Origin: an uncultured Candidatus Saccharibacteria bacterium
Lineage (GTDB): Bacteria; Patescibacteriota; Minisyncoccia; UBA6257; GWB1-50-10
DNA: 60,315 nucleotides
Direction of reading: 5' to 3'
NCBI GenBank assembly: GCA_964419525.1
Contig: CAYQPG010000001.1
Location: forward strand, 1-60,315
Shown here in pieces: positions 36,875 to 46,394 of this stretch. Position numbers and translations under genes: made by a program. The notes beneath the pieces are model-generated. The model had not been told where the DNA came from, made no database searches, and was given only the letters and a program-made list of their open reading frames with translations. Every line of letters begins with the position of its first letter. The stretch's first letter is position 1.

Positions 36875-37744
36875 ATGCCCGAATTGCCGGAAGTTCACAC
36901 CATGGTCCAAGGCTTAAGAAAGGCCGTGAAGGGTAAGGTGATAGTCGGTCTTTGGACGGAATGGCTGAGATATTTCAAATATCCCGGGACTGAATCGGGG
37001 TTTAAGAAAGTCGTGCTTGGGCGGCGGATACTTGACGTCGACCGTCTGGGAAAGAACATATTGTTTCAATTGTCCGGCGGCCGCCTTTTATTGGTCCATC
37101 AGAAGATGACGGGCCGTTTTCTGGTCGGTAAGTGGAACGGCGCAATGAACAAAGACGGCATCCGCAACGCGACTCACGATCCCAAGGACAGATTCGTGCG
37201 CTTAATAATGTTTTTGAGCGGCGGAATGGCGTTGTCGTTCATTGACGTCAGGAAATTCGGTAAGTTCATGGCCGGGCCGGCGAAAGACATCCTGGGATCG
37301 GCCGACGCGAAGAACGTCGGCGTCGACCCGCTGTCGAAACTTTTCACGCTGGATTTGCTTTTAAAGTCGCTCGCGGCCCGCAAGGTTCCGATAAAGATTT
37401 TTCTGCTCGACCAGAGATGCGTGAGCGGCATAGGGAACATCTACGCCGATGAGACTCTTTGGCACGCGCGGGTGAGCCCGCTAAAGAGGACCAATGCGTT
37501 GAGCGGCGACGAAGCGCGCAGACTCTTCAATTCGATGAAATTTGTCCTTAAAAGAGGCATTAAATTCGGCGGTTCGTCGATATCCGATTATCGCGATGCC
37601 TTTGGAAGACGCGGTCGGTACCAGGATCATTTCTTCGTGTACCGGCGGGGCGGGTTCGAATGTTCCCGTTGCGGTTCGGTCATAAAAAGGATTAAAATTG
37701 GCTCAAGAAGCACCTCTTTTTGTCCACGGTGCCAACTCCCATGA
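36875..37744 (+). CDS. mutM: Formamidopyrimidine-DNA glycosylase
   Basis: MPELPEV N-terminus with catalytic Pro2, so the start is 36875 rather than 36866. C-terminal zinc finger CSRCGSVIKRIKIGSRSTSFCPRCQ. Confidence 0.9.
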   Translation: MPELPEVHTMVQGLRKAVKGKVIVGLWTEWLRYFKYPGTESGFKKVVLGRRILDVDRLGKNILFQLSGGRLLLVHQKMTGRFLVGKWNGAMNKDGIRNATHDPKDRFVRLIMFLSGGMALSFIDVRKFGKFMAGPAKDILGSADAKNVGVDPLSKLFTLDLLLKSLAARKVPIKIFLLDQRCVSGIGNIYADETLWHARVSPLKRTNALSGDEARRLFNSMKFVLKRGIKFGGSSISDYRDAFGRRGRYQDHFFVYRRGGFECSRCGSVIKRIKIGSRSTSFCPRCQLP

Positions 37745-38553
37745 TTTATCATCTATACGGTCCGGATTCTTTGAGGAAGGCCAGAAAAATGGCCGAGTTG
37801 ATGATTGAGATTAAAAAATCGGTATATTCAAGCGAGGAACTGGACGTTGATCTCGGCGAATCCACCGATTCTTGGAAGGACGTGGTGGATTTTATGAATC
37901 AGCAATCGATCTTTGGGGGGTCTAAAGTGGCCGTCGTGAAAGAAGCGTCCGCGGTGGACGAAAAACCATGGCTGAAATTCTTAAAAGAATCCGCGTCCGA
38001 CGGATCGATTTTCATCTTTTTATTGAACAAGGAAAAGCCCAAGAAGGCATTTGACTTCCTTCTTAAAAAACCATCGCTTGTGTACGAGTTTGGGGAATTG
38101 TCGGGAAAAGAACTTGCGTCGTTTGTGTCGCGCGAAGCGGAGAAGAGAGGCTTTTCTTTTTCCGCTGAGGCCTTGAATTTTTTGGTCGCCTTTTTGATGA
38201 ACCAGAAGGAAGGGCGTTCTTGGCTGGCCGAGAGCGAAATAGAGAAAGCCGGTTTTTTGGGCAAGAAGATCGTTCAAGTTGCCGATCTTAACGGCATCTC
38301 GTATTTTCCGGAATTCGACCAGGTTTGGTCCTTGACGAGGAAAATACTCGATGCCTCAAGGTGGACCGATAAGGTTTATTTTTTGGAAAAACTAATGACA
38401 GAGGGAGCCGACCCCTCATACGTGTTTAATTCCCTGGCTTTCGGTTCGAGAGGCAGGGAATCCGTAAGATTGTCGGATTACGATATTTTGATAAAAAGCG
38501 GGAAATTGGATTTTCCCGAGGCGCTACTTAGCTTTGTTCTCGGCGGCGTTTAA
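37741..38553 (+). CDS. holA: DNA polymerase III delta subunit-like protein
   Basis: ATGA overlap with the mutM stop. MIYHLYGPDSL N-terminus and overall length fit HolA. The assignment is weak and rests on pattern only. Confidence 0.5.
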   Translation: MIYHLYGPDSLRKARKMAELMIEIKKSVYSSEELDVDLGESTDSWKDVVDFMNQQSIFGGSKVAVVKEASAVDEKPWLKFLKESASDGSIFIFLLNKEKPKKAFDFLLKKPSLVYEFGELSGKELASFVSREAEKRGFSFSAEALNFLVAFLMNQKEGRSWLAESEIEKAGFLGKKIVQVADLNGISYFPEFDQVWSLTRKILDASRWTDKVYFLEKLMTEGADPSYVFNSLAFGSRGRESVRLSDYDILIKSGKLDFPEALLSFVLGGV

Positions 38554-38799
38554 TCTTTTAGAAAGTCTCGATTTTATCCTGCTGGCCTTGCCTTTTTTAA
38601 TGAAGTTGACTTTAGCCATCTTGTCGGCTGCTTTGTAGACCTTAGCCATGGCTTCCTTGGCTTCCGTCATTTTCCCGGCCACGATCAGTTTCTTTAACGA
38701 ATTTATCTCCGCTCTCAGGGATTTTTTCCTGTCCAGGTTTTGCTTTCTCCTTTTTGTGCTTTGTCTTAAGGCCTTTTTGGCCGAACTGGTTATTGGCAT
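38524..38799 (-). CDS. rpsT: 30S ribosomal protein S20
   Basis: MPITSSAKKALRQSTKRRKQNLDRKKSLRAEI... Confidence 0.9.
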   Translation of the reverse strand: MPITSSAKKALRQSTKRRKQNLDRKKSLRAEINSLKKLIVAGKMTEAKEAMAKVYKAADKMAKVNFIKKGKASRIKSRLSKRLNAAENKAK

Positions 38800-38962
38800 A
38801 TAAGTGAATAAATATTACCTCTTTGATTCAAGTATGTCAATTTTGAACGATTTAATTTCGAATAAATTACTGAATTCATGGATTCCTGAATTCAATCAAA
38901 ATTCAAAATTCAGTAATTAAAATTTGGCCATTTCTCTACTCCGTTTTCAGGGAGTATAATCA

Positions 38963-39553
38963 TTGATAATGATTTATGCGCTTTCAGGCAGGATCTCCGG
39001 TAAGAAGGACAATTTTCTCGTCGTTGACGTTTCAGGCGTGGGATTCAAAGTGTTCTCCAATTCCCAGACCATCTATAAGCTTCCCGCAGTCGGCGATAAC
39101 GTCAAAATATATTGCCATATGCACGTCAAGGAAGACGCGTTGGAGCTTTACGGCTTTCTGGACGAGGGTGAATTGAAATTCTTCGAGATGCTCATATCGG
39201 TCTCCGGCGTTGGTCCCAAGACGGCACTTCTAATACTTGATCTGGATTCTTTCCCCAATGTGATGGCTGCCATTGTTGGCCGTAAGACCGACGTCATATC
39301 GCGGGCGCCCGGCATAGGCAAAAAAACGGCCGAGAGAATAATAATAGAACTCCAAAACAAGATAGACGTGTCCGAGGTGAAGGGTTTGGACGAGGTTATG
39401 GAAACGAACATCGAAGTGGAGGACGCTTTGGTCGGTTTGGGATATGAAAGACATTCGGCCAAGAAAGTCATCTCGGAGATGGGCAATGTTCCGGGCGGAC
39501 GATTGGAGGATAAACTGAAGGCGGCGCTAAAAGTTCTCGGCAACAAGAAATAA
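38963..39553 (+). CDS. ruvA: Holliday junction DNA helicase RuvA
   Basis: FLVVDVSGVGFKV, HhH motifs LISVSGVGPKTAL and APGIGKKTAERI. Confidence 0.9.
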   Translation: MIMIYALSGRISGKKDNFLVVDVSGVGFKVFSNSQTIYKLPAVGDNVKIYCHMHVKEDALELYGFLDEGELKFFEMLISVSGVGPKTALLILDLDSFPNVMAAIVGRKTDVISRAPGIGKKTAERIIIELQNKIDVSEVKGLDEVMETNIEVEDALVGLGYERHSAKKVISEMGNVPGGRLEDKLKAALKVLGNKK

Positions 39554-39558
39554 TCGTA

Positions 39559-40845
39559 ATGAGGAAAATAACGCATCTTTTGAGGTTGATATACCACGCC
39601 TCCCTGGCTTTCGCGGGGAGCGTGATTTACGGCCATCCAAGCCGAAAATTGTTCGTGGTCGGCGTTACCGGCACCAAAGGCAAATCGAGTACGCTTGAGA
39701 TAATGAACCATGTTTTTGAGGAGGCCGGCAAAAAGACCGCTCTCCTATCATCCGTCAAAGAGAGGATATTGGGCGTGGAAAAGAGGAACGTTTCCGGCAA
39801 TACCATGCCGGGGCGCCTCCGCATACAACGATTCCTCAAAAGAGCGCTCATCGCCGGCACCGAGTATGCGTTCATAGAAGTCACGTCGCAGGGCGTCGTT
39901 CAATGGCGCGACAGGTTCATCGACTGGGATGCCGCCTTTTTTATGAATCTCTCGCCGGAGCACGTGGAATCTCACGGTTCTTTCGAAAAATACCGCGAAG
40001 CCAAAGTCAGGTTTTTCAAGGACGCGCTTGATTCACGCAAAAAAAAGAAACTGTTTTTCGTCAATGAAGAGGATGAGAACAAGGATTATTTTGTCGAGGC
40101 CGTGAAAGATCGTTCGGACGCGGAGTTGATCTACTTTAAAAAGAGCGACATCGTCGAGGCTGCCGTTCGGTGGAATTGGGATCTGTCCGATGTCGCCGGC
40201 CGGCGGGCCGTGGCTGATTGGCTTCAGCCGGAGTTCAATGTGTTGAACGCCTCCGCCGCCTGGAAGTTCGCCGTTTCCCGGGGATTGAGTGCCAGCGCGA
40301 TAAAGGAATCGTTGAAAGATTTCGGCGGCACGCCGGGCCGGTTCGAATTGGTCCAGAAAGAGCCTTTTGCCGCCGTCGTGGATTACGCGCATACGCCGGA
40401 TTCGCTCGAAAAGATATATTCCTCTGTCAGGGATTCGTTCGTTTCCGGCGGCAAATTGATATGCGTTCTCGGATCGGCCGGCGGTGGCCGGGATAAATGG
40501 AAGAGAAGCGTTATGGGGATGATCGCCGCTCGATATTGCGATGAGGTGATCTTGACCGACGAGGATCCTTATGACGAGGACCCGGAGAATATTCTGGACC
40601 AGATAGAAGAAGGCATAAACGAACGTTCGAGCGCCGGCCGGAAAAAACCGATCGTCTTGAGGGAGATAGATAGAAGAGAGGCCATAAGGAGGGCGGTCAA
40701 GGACGCCTCGCGGGGCGATGCCATCGTTTCGACCGGTAAGGGCAGCGAATCGTCCATCCATCTGGACCATGGGAAAAAGATGCCCTGGAACGAGAGGGAA
40801 ATAATGAAAGAACTCATAGCCGAACGTTTCGCCGATCAGCCGTAG
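39559..40845 (+). CDS. murE: Mur ligase, MurE-like UDP-MurNAc-tripeptide synthetase (lacks the usual N-terminal domain)
   Basis: GVTGTKGKSST P-loop, DYAHTPDSLEKIY, GSAGGGRDKWKR. Confidence 0.7.
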   Translation: MRKITHLLRLIYHASLAFAGSVIYGHPSRKLFVVGVTGTKGKSSTLEIMNHVFEEAGKKTALLSSVKERILGVEKRNVSGNTMPGRLRIQRFLKRALIAGTEYAFIEVTSQGVVQWRDRFIDWDAAFFMNLSPEHVESHGSFEKYREAKVRFFKDALDSRKKKKLFFVNEEDENKDYFVEAVKDRSDAELIYFKKSDIVEAAVRWNWDLSDVAGRRAVADWLQPEFNVLNASAAWKFAVSRGLSASAIKESLKDFGGTPGRFELVQKEPFAAVVDYAHTPDSLEKIYSSVRDSFVSGGKLICVLGSAGGGRDKWKRSVMGMIAARYCDEVILTDEDPYDEDPENILDQIEEGINERSSAGRKKPIVLREIDRREAIRRAVKDASRGDAIVSTGKGSESSIHLDHGKKMPWNEREIMKELIAERFADQP

Positions 40846-40861
40846 GAGTTATAATGGCGGG

Positions 40862-42217
40862 ATGAAGCTAACTTTTTGCGGCGGCGCCAAAATTGTTACC
40901 GGATCGAACTATCTTTTGGAGTCGGGAGATACGAAAATACTCGTCGATTGCGGTTTGAACCAGGGAGAAAGTTTCTGCGACGATTTAAACTATGAAAAAT
41001 TCCCGTATGATCCGGGGGAAATAAAGGCCGTCTTCGTGACGCATGCCCACATCGATCACATCGGCCGCCTGCCCAAGCTCGTGAAAGAAGGGTTTTCAGG
41101 GACGATATATTCGACCGGACCGACGAGGGATTTCGCGGAATCAATGCTTTTGGACACGGCTCACGTGATGACCGAAGATGCGGAAAAGAAAGGGCGTTCG
41201 CCTCTTTATGGTTTGGATGATATAGGTCGCGCGATCTCGCTTTGGTCCGGTAAAAAATATCACGATATCGTGGAAGTCGGTCCGTTCACTGTTGAATTTT
41301 ACAACGCCGGCCACATTCTGGGATCGGCCTCGATCATGGTGTCCGTCGAGGGCAAGAAAGTGGTATTTTCCGGCGATCTAGGGAACATACCCTCGCCCCT
41401 CATAACTTCCACTGAACAGATCAAAGACGCTGATTTCGCCCTGATCGAATCGGCTTACGGCGACAGGATTCACGAAGACTTGGATAAAAGGAAGGAAATA
41501 TTGGAGCAGACCATAAAGGGGGCGATCGGCGCCGGAGGCGTCCTTATGATACCGGCCTTCGCTTTGGAGAGGACGCAGGAGATGCTCTTCGAGCTCAATG
41601 AGCTGATGGAGAACGGTAAGATGTCCAGCGTGCCGGTTTTCATAGACAGTCCTTTGGCGATAAAACTCACGGAAGTCTACGAAAAATATTCCGATGATCC
41701 CATGTATTTCAACAAAGAAGCGGTGGGCCTCATGAAATCCGGCGAGGATATTTTCAATTTCCCCGGGCTTAAGATGACTCTCACCAAGGAAGAGTCCAAG
41801 GGCATAAATAGCGTGCCGCCGCCGAAGATAGTCATCGCGGGCGCCGGCATGTCGAACGGCGGAAGAATCTTGCATCACGAGGTAAGGTACCTGCCAGACC
41901 CTCGGAGTACCCTGCTCATAATCGGCTATCAATCCGCCAATTCGCTGGGTCGCAGGCTACTGGACGGCGAGAAAAAAGTGGAAATTCTGGGACAGGTCGT
42001 GGACGTAAAAGCGAAAGTTTTATCCATCAGCGGGTATTCTGCGCATGCCGACCAAAACCAACTTTTGGAATGGGTATCGCCTATGAAAGGCCGTCTTCGG
42101 AAGATTTTTGTGGTCCAGGGCGACGGAAATTCGTCGGAGATCCTGGCCGGTAAGATAAAAGAAAAATTCGGCCTCGAAGCAGAAGCGCCTTCACTGAATG
42201 AATCGGTGTTGTTATAA
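40862..42217 (+). CDS. MBL-fold beta-CASP metallo-hydrolase (RNA-metabolising type)
   Basis: HAHIDHIGRLP, and the C-terminal SGYSAHADQNQL motif. Confidence 0.8.
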   Translation: MKLTFCGGAKIVTGSNYLLESGDTKILVDCGLNQGESFCDDLNYEKFPYDPGEIKAVFVTHAHIDHIGRLPKLVKEGFSGTIYSTGPTRDFAESMLLDTAHVMTEDAEKKGRSPLYGLDDIGRAISLWSGKKYHDIVEVGPFTVEFYNAGHILGSASIMVSVEGKKVVFSGDLGNIPSPLITSTEQIKDADFALIESAYGDRIHEDLDKRKEILEQTIKGAIGAGGVLMIPAFALERTQEMLFELNELMENGKMSSVPVFIDSPLAIKLTEVYEKYSDDPMYFNKEAVGLMKSGEDIFNFPGLKMTLTKEESKGINSVPPPKIVIAGAGMSNGGRILHHEVRYLPDPRSTLLIIGYQSANSLGRRLLDGEKKVEILGQVVDVKAKVLSISGYSAHADQNQLLEWVSPMKGRLRKIFVVQGDGNSSEILAGKIKEKFGLEAEAPSLNESVLL

Positions 42218-42224
42218 TCAAGGT

Positions 42225-42887
42225 ATGAACACCAAGAGGATCAAAGAATCAGCGGGGAAGAAAAGCGCTAAAAAGGACGGTTTGGAGAGATTTCAAAATC
42301 ATAACCACACGTATCACCTGAAATATAAGATTTGCGTTTCGGGAGCCGCCGAGACGGGCCACTGTTCCAAGGACTCGTTCGAAAAAGCCGAGGCCATAGG
42401 ACGCGAGATAGCCAAAAGGGATCTCATTTTGGTCACCGGCGCGACGACCGGCATGCCTTATTGGGCGGCCAAGGGGGCTAAGGAAGCCGGTGGCATAGTC
42501 ATCGGTCTTTCGCCGGCCGTCTCCAAGGTGGCGCACGTGAAGACGTACCACCTGCCGCTCGACTATCACGACCTCATAGTTTACACCGGCTTCGATTATT
42601 CAGGGCGCAACCTGCTTTTGACTAGGGCCGCCGACGCCATAATAACCATCTGCGGAAGAATGGGGACTCTCAATGAATTCACCATCGGTTTCGAAGACCA
42701 TAAGCCGATAGGCGTCTTGGAGGGCACCGGCGGCACGGCCGACATGTTGAGGGATATACTTGAAAAAGCCCATCGTGGGTCTTCCAACGTCGTCTTTTCC
42801 GACGATCCCTCGAAGCTTCTGGACAAAGTCGTTGGACTCATAGAGGCCGAAGAGGAGAAAAACGGTGTAAAAGGTCGAGCTATATAG
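42225..42887 (+). CDS. TIGR00725/LOG-like Rossmann-fold protein
   Basis: ICVSGAA...LVTGATTGMPYWAAKGAKEAGGIVIGLSP...GRMGTLNEF. ATG 42225 follows the preceding stop (42215-42217). Confidence 0.55.
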   Translation: MNTKRIKESAGKKSAKKDGLERFQNHNHTYHLKYKICVSGAAETGHCSKDSFEKAEAIGREIAKRDLILVTGATTGMPYWAAKGAKEAGGIVIGLSPAVSKVAHVKTYHLPLDYHDLIVYTGFDYSGRNLLLTRAADAIITICGRMGTLNEFTIGFEDHKPIGVLEGTGGTADMLRDILEKAHRGSSNVVFSDDPSKLLDKVVGLIEAEEEKNGVKGRAI

Positions 42888-42897
42888 GGTAATATCA

Positions 42898-43167
42898 ATG
42901 GCAAATCTCAACGTAATGGACGGAGCTAACAAGGTTGGCGTCGTTTCCCATTATTTCGGCAAAATCGGCGTTGTGGCCGTCAAACTGAGCGACGTGCTGA
43001 AAGTAGGCGATAAAATAAAGATAGTCGGAACGACCACCGACCTGGAAGACGTCGTGAAGACGATCCAGATAGAGCACGAATCCGTCAGTGAAGCCGGCGC
43101 CGGCGAAGAAGTTGGCCTTAAAATAAACGGCCGAGCGAGAGAAGGCGACAGGGTCTATATCGTTTGA
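42898..43167 (+). CDS. Small standalone EF-Tu-domain-2-like beta-barrel protein
   Basis: GVVSHYFGKIGVVAVKLSDVLKVGDKIKIVG...GEEVGLKINGRAREGDRVYIV resembles a translation-factor domain II barrel. Confidence 0.4.
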   Translation: MANLNVMDGANKVGVVSHYFGKIGVVAVKLSDVLKVGDKIKIVGTTTDLEDVVKTIQIEHESVSEAGAGEEVGLKINGRAREGDRVYIV

Positions 43168-43182
43168 ATTGAGCGGCTGAAG

Positions 43183-44532
43183 ATGTTTTCAAAACGAATG
43201 AAAAATTCGCTTAGCAAACTACTGTTTTATCTGTTGGTTTTTTTGACTCCCATAGGAACCAAAAAATTCATTGTTTCGTTCCCTGAGCCGTTCAAGGTCC
43301 CCATATCCTACAGCTCATTTTTCCTCTACGGGCTTGATTTACTTCTCCTTATTTTTGTTCTCGCGAACCTGAAAAAAATCCACCTCGATCGGCCGGCGAA
43401 GTGGCTCGCGGCCTTCCTTGCTGCTGCTTTCGTCTCTATCTTTTTTTCTTTAAGCGTGGGGCTGGCTGTTTACGCGTTCCTCCATCTCGCCTTATTCGCT
43501 CTTTTTTCCCTTATCGTGGCTCGCATGATGAGAGAGAGATCATTGAATTTGAAGGATATATTCAAGGTTTTGGGCGCTTCCGCCGTCGTTCAGGCGGTAA
43601 TCGGGCTTTTGCAGTTCAGGAATCAGGCGAGCGTCGGATTGAAGATTCTCGGTGAATCGGTCCTGGGGCCTACGACGCAAGGCGTCGCCCGAGCTTCTAC
43701 CGAGTTCGGTAATTTTTTGAGGATCTACGGAACCATGCCGCACGCGAACATTTTAGCCGGGTTTTTGGTGTTCGGATTCGTGGCACTCCTCTTTGTCCTT
43801 TTTAAGTCCGGCGAGAGGAGCCGGGACGCCCTCGGGAAATTTGGCGTTGTCACCGGCCTCTTTCTTATTTTCTCGGCGATTCTTCTCACTTTTTCCCGGT
43901 CGGGCATTGCCGTGTTCATTTTTGCGGTTGGCGCGACCATTGTATACGGTCTCGTGGAAAAATTTTCAAGATCCCGGACGCTCTTTCTCACGGGCATTCT
44001 TTTTCTTCTCGTGCTTTTCTCCGCGTTCGGTTTCGGGAAGCTCGCCACGGCGCGGGACAACGTGTCGTTTACCGAACCCTCGGTGACGTATCGGGTCGAT
44101 TACGGCCTCGTCGCTCTTAATCTCGTGCGGTCGCACCCGTTCTTCGGCGTTGGCGTCGGCGATCAAATCCTGGCCGGACTTCAGGCTGGGCTCTATCAAG
44201 GCGAGGGATTGCGATCGAGCTGGCAATGGCAGCCCGTGCATAACCTTTACCTCCTGGTCGTCTCGGAAACCGGCATCATCGGCTTGGTTTTGTTTCTGGG
44301 ATTCCTGTGGAATGTTTTCTGGCCGATTGCTAAGGATTTTTGGAAGGAGAGAGAGCATGAAATCGGCCTGGATCTTTTTTTCCCGCTCGTGCTCGGCGTT
44401 TCCTGGCTTATTTTCGGCATGGTGGATCACTTTTTCTGGGATTTGGAGTCCGGCGAACTTATGTTTTGGTTGACACTCGGCGTTATTATGGGTGTCAGCG
44501 CGAAGAAAGAGCTTACGCGGGAGGGCAGTTGA
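43183..44532 (+). CDS. O-antigen ligase/polymerase-family (Wzy_C) membrane protein
   Basis: About 10 or more TM helices, TFSRSGIAVF, and an external loop containing HNLYLLVVSETGIIG. Confidence 0.7.
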   Translation: MFSKRMKNSLSKLLFYLLVFLTPIGTKKFIVSFPEPFKVPISYSSFFLYGLDLLLLIFVLANLKKIHLDRPAKWLAAFLAAAFVSIFFSLSVGLAVYAFLHLALFALFSLIVARMMRERSLNLKDIFKVLGASAVVQAVIGLLQFRNQASVGLKILGESVLGPTTQGVARASTEFGNFLRIYGTMPHANILAGFLVFGFVALLFVLFKSGERSRDALGKFGVVTGLFLIFSAILLTFSRSGIAVFIFAVGATIVYGLVEKFSRSRTLFLTGILFLLVLFSAFGFGKLATARDNVSFTEPSVTYRVDYGLVALNLVRSHPFFGVGVGDQILAGLQAGLYQGEGLRSSWQWQPVHNLYLLVVSETGIIGLVLFLGFLWNVFWPIAKDFWKEREHEIGLDLFFPLVLGVSWLIFGMVDHFFWDLESGELMFWLTLGVIMGVSAKKELTREGS

Positions 44533-44594
44533 GTGGGTAGTGAAAATTAGATTCCGCTTCGTGCGCAGCAAATCGAATCTCTATTACCCGGTTG

Positions 44595-44635
44595 ATGTTT
44601 TAGCTTACCCTCGGTATCATCATGGGTGTAAGCGC
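44595..44635 (+). pseudogene. Relic 3'-end fragment of a Wzy_C-like gene abutting the tRNA
   Basis: 32 of 41 nt identical to 44461-44501. Translates as MF*LTLGIIMGVSA against MFWLTLGVIMGVSA in the intact gene. Confidence 0.35.
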
Positions 44636-44703
44636 CCATAGCTCAACGGATAGAGCGTATCCCTCCGAAGGATAAGATCGAGGTTCAATTCCTCGTGGGC
44701 GCA
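44632..44703 (+). tRNA. tRNA-Arg (anticodon CCG)
   Basis: Hand-folded cloverleaf: acceptor GCGCCCA/TGGGCGC, D-arm GCTC/GAGC, anticodon stem TATCC/GGATA with loop CTCCGAA, T-arm CGAGG-TTCAATT-CCTCG, discriminator A. No CCA is encoded. Confidence 0.9.
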
Positions 44704-44761
44704 CAACGAAGTTGTGATTGAGGTGTATAATTGAATAAGAAACTAAAATCCTGGAGGAAGT

Positions 44762-44974
44762 ATGGACGGAAATAATGATCCTGGCCGGCGATTGAGTCGC
44801 AGGGAGGAAGAAGAGCTTATTTCTATAATCATAGCCGCCTACCTGAAAGGCGACATAGAGGTAGAAATCCTGAAGGGAGGAATATTAATAAAGCACAATG
44901 ACGGCAGGAAAGAGGAAGGGATTATGTTTCCATTCGAAGAGAGGAACGGTCCTCCGGTCAATCTCGAGGGTTGA
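44762..44974 (+). CDS. Small hypothetical protein (70 aa)
   Basis: GGAGG lies 5 nt upstream of the ATG, and a terminator follows. Confidence 0.45.
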   Translation: MDGNNDPGRRLSRREEEELISIIIAAYLKGDIEVEILKGGILIKHNDGRKEEGIMFPFEERNGPPVNLEG

Positions 44975-44994
44975 TTTTGTCAGAGGTTTTGGTC

Positions 44995-45027
44995 GGGTTA
45001 GCGTTACGGCGCTAACCCTTCTTGTTT
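44995..45027 (+). terminator. Rho-independent terminator
   Basis: gggttagcg-ttacgg-cgctaaccc hairpin (44995-45018) followed by ttcttgttt. Confidence 0.6.
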
Positions 45028-45042
45028 GATATACTGATTACG

Positions 45043-45981
45043 ATGAAAAAAAAGGAGGATTTTGTACAGTTTAAAATGAGGAAAGGCGCGAAGCTGGCGC
45101 CGCTTTCTACGTTCGGGATCGGCGGCCGATGCGAAAGGTTCGTCCTGGCGGAGACACCGGAAAAATTCGTAAGTATTGCGGAGTGGGCCCGAAAGAACGA
45201 TATGCGGCTGAATGTTTTCGCCGGAGGCAGCAATGTGGTCTTTCCGGACAAGGAATTGAAAGGCCTTACCTTGAGGTTTCTCGGAGGGAAGATGTCTTTC
45301 GACGGCAATGAGTGCATTGCTGACGGCGGCGTCCTTCTCGGCGAGGTCATAAAGAAATCCCTCTGGCGCGGGCTTCAGGGACTTGAAACGCTTTCCGGCA
45401 TACCGGGAACGATCGGCGGTGCGGTTGTTGGCAATGCCGGAGCGTACGGGCATTCAATCTCCGAGGTTGTGAAGAGTGTCGAGGTCTGGGACGGGAAAAA
45501 GAGACGATGGATTCCGAAGGATGAGTGCGATTTCAACTACCGAAGCAGTGTCTTTAAAAGGAGGCCATTCCTTGTTTTGAGGGTGAGGCTTGGTCTCAAA
45601 AAAGGAGAGGCGTCGGTTTTGAGGAAAATATCAAAAGGCATAGCGGAAGTAAGGGAGAAGAAATATAAACCCGGATTGAAATGTCCCGGCAGTTTTTTCA
45701 AAAACGTCCTGGTTCAGGACGTCTCCCGGAGATCTTTGGCTAAAGTGGATAAGACCAAGATAATAGAAGGCAAGATACCGGCCGGTTATCTTTTGGAAGA
45801 AGTCGGCTCCAAGGGGATGAGGGTCGGCGGTATAGAAATTGCGAAATTCCACGGTAATCTCCTCATTAATAAAGGCGGGGCCAAGTCGTCCGATGTGAAG
45901 AAACTCGCTGATATTTTGCGGGGAAAGGTCCGTCGGAAATTCGGCATACGCCTTGAGGAGGAGGTAAGATATATCGAGTGA
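45043..45981 (+). CDS. murB: UDP-N-acetylenolpyruvoylglucosamine reductase
   Basis: LSTFGIGG, GGSNVVF, SGIPGTIGGAVVGNAGAYG, PGSFFKN. ATG 45043 is preferred over the TTG at 45022, which lies in the terminator tail. Confidence 0.85.
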   Translation: MKKKEDFVQFKMRKGAKLAPLSTFGIGGRCERFVLAETPEKFVSIAEWARKNDMRLNVFAGGSNVVFPDKELKGLTLRFLGGKMSFDGNECIADGGVLLGEVIKKSLWRGLQGLETLSGIPGTIGGAVVGNAGAYGHSISEVVKSVEVWDGKKRRWIPKDECDFNYRSSVFKRRPFLVLRVRLGLKKGEASVLRKISKGIAEVREKKYKPGLKCPGSFFKNVLVQDVSRRSLAKVDKTKIIEGKIPAGYLLEEVGSKGMRVGGIEIAKFHGNLLINKGGAKSSDVKKLADILRGKVRRKFGIRLEEEVRYIE

Positions 45982-46038
45982 AATACAGACGTTTCGGTCA
46001 TTATGTTAATTGGAAATTAGGCATTATAATTGTGATAT

Positions 46039-46392
46039 ATGGTCTTGGTATACCTCGGCGAAAGATTCATCTGGAGAACTGTTGATTTTCTGAGGCACTG
46101 GTACGTGAAAAGCCTTAAAATCTATTCCGACTACGTTTTCAACAAGCTGGAGAGATTGGACAGGATATTGGCCTGGAAAATAACCCTTAAAAACCTGTTT
46201 TCGCCGCTTTATAAGGACTACACCCTTTTGGGCTATGTGTTGGGATTCATACTGAGATTCGCGAGGCTAATAGTGGCGTCGGCCGTTTACGCGGTCGTCT
46301 TCTTTTTTGCTTTGGCTCTATACGTAGTTTGGCTCCTTATCCCGCTGGTTCTCGTGGCAATGTTTTTGGGTGTCGTGAACGTTAAATTTTAA
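46039..46392 (+). CDS. Small membrane protein, hypothetical
   Basis: C-terminal pair of TM helices. Lies immediately upstream of the Clp-like ATPase. Confidence 0.5.
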   Translation: MVLVYLGERFIWRTVDFLRHWYVKSLKIYSDYVFNKLERLDRILAWKITLKNLFSPLYKDYTLLGYVLGFILRFARLIVASAVYAVVFFFALALYVVWLLIPLVLVAMFLGVVNVKF

Positions 46393-46394
46393 AC

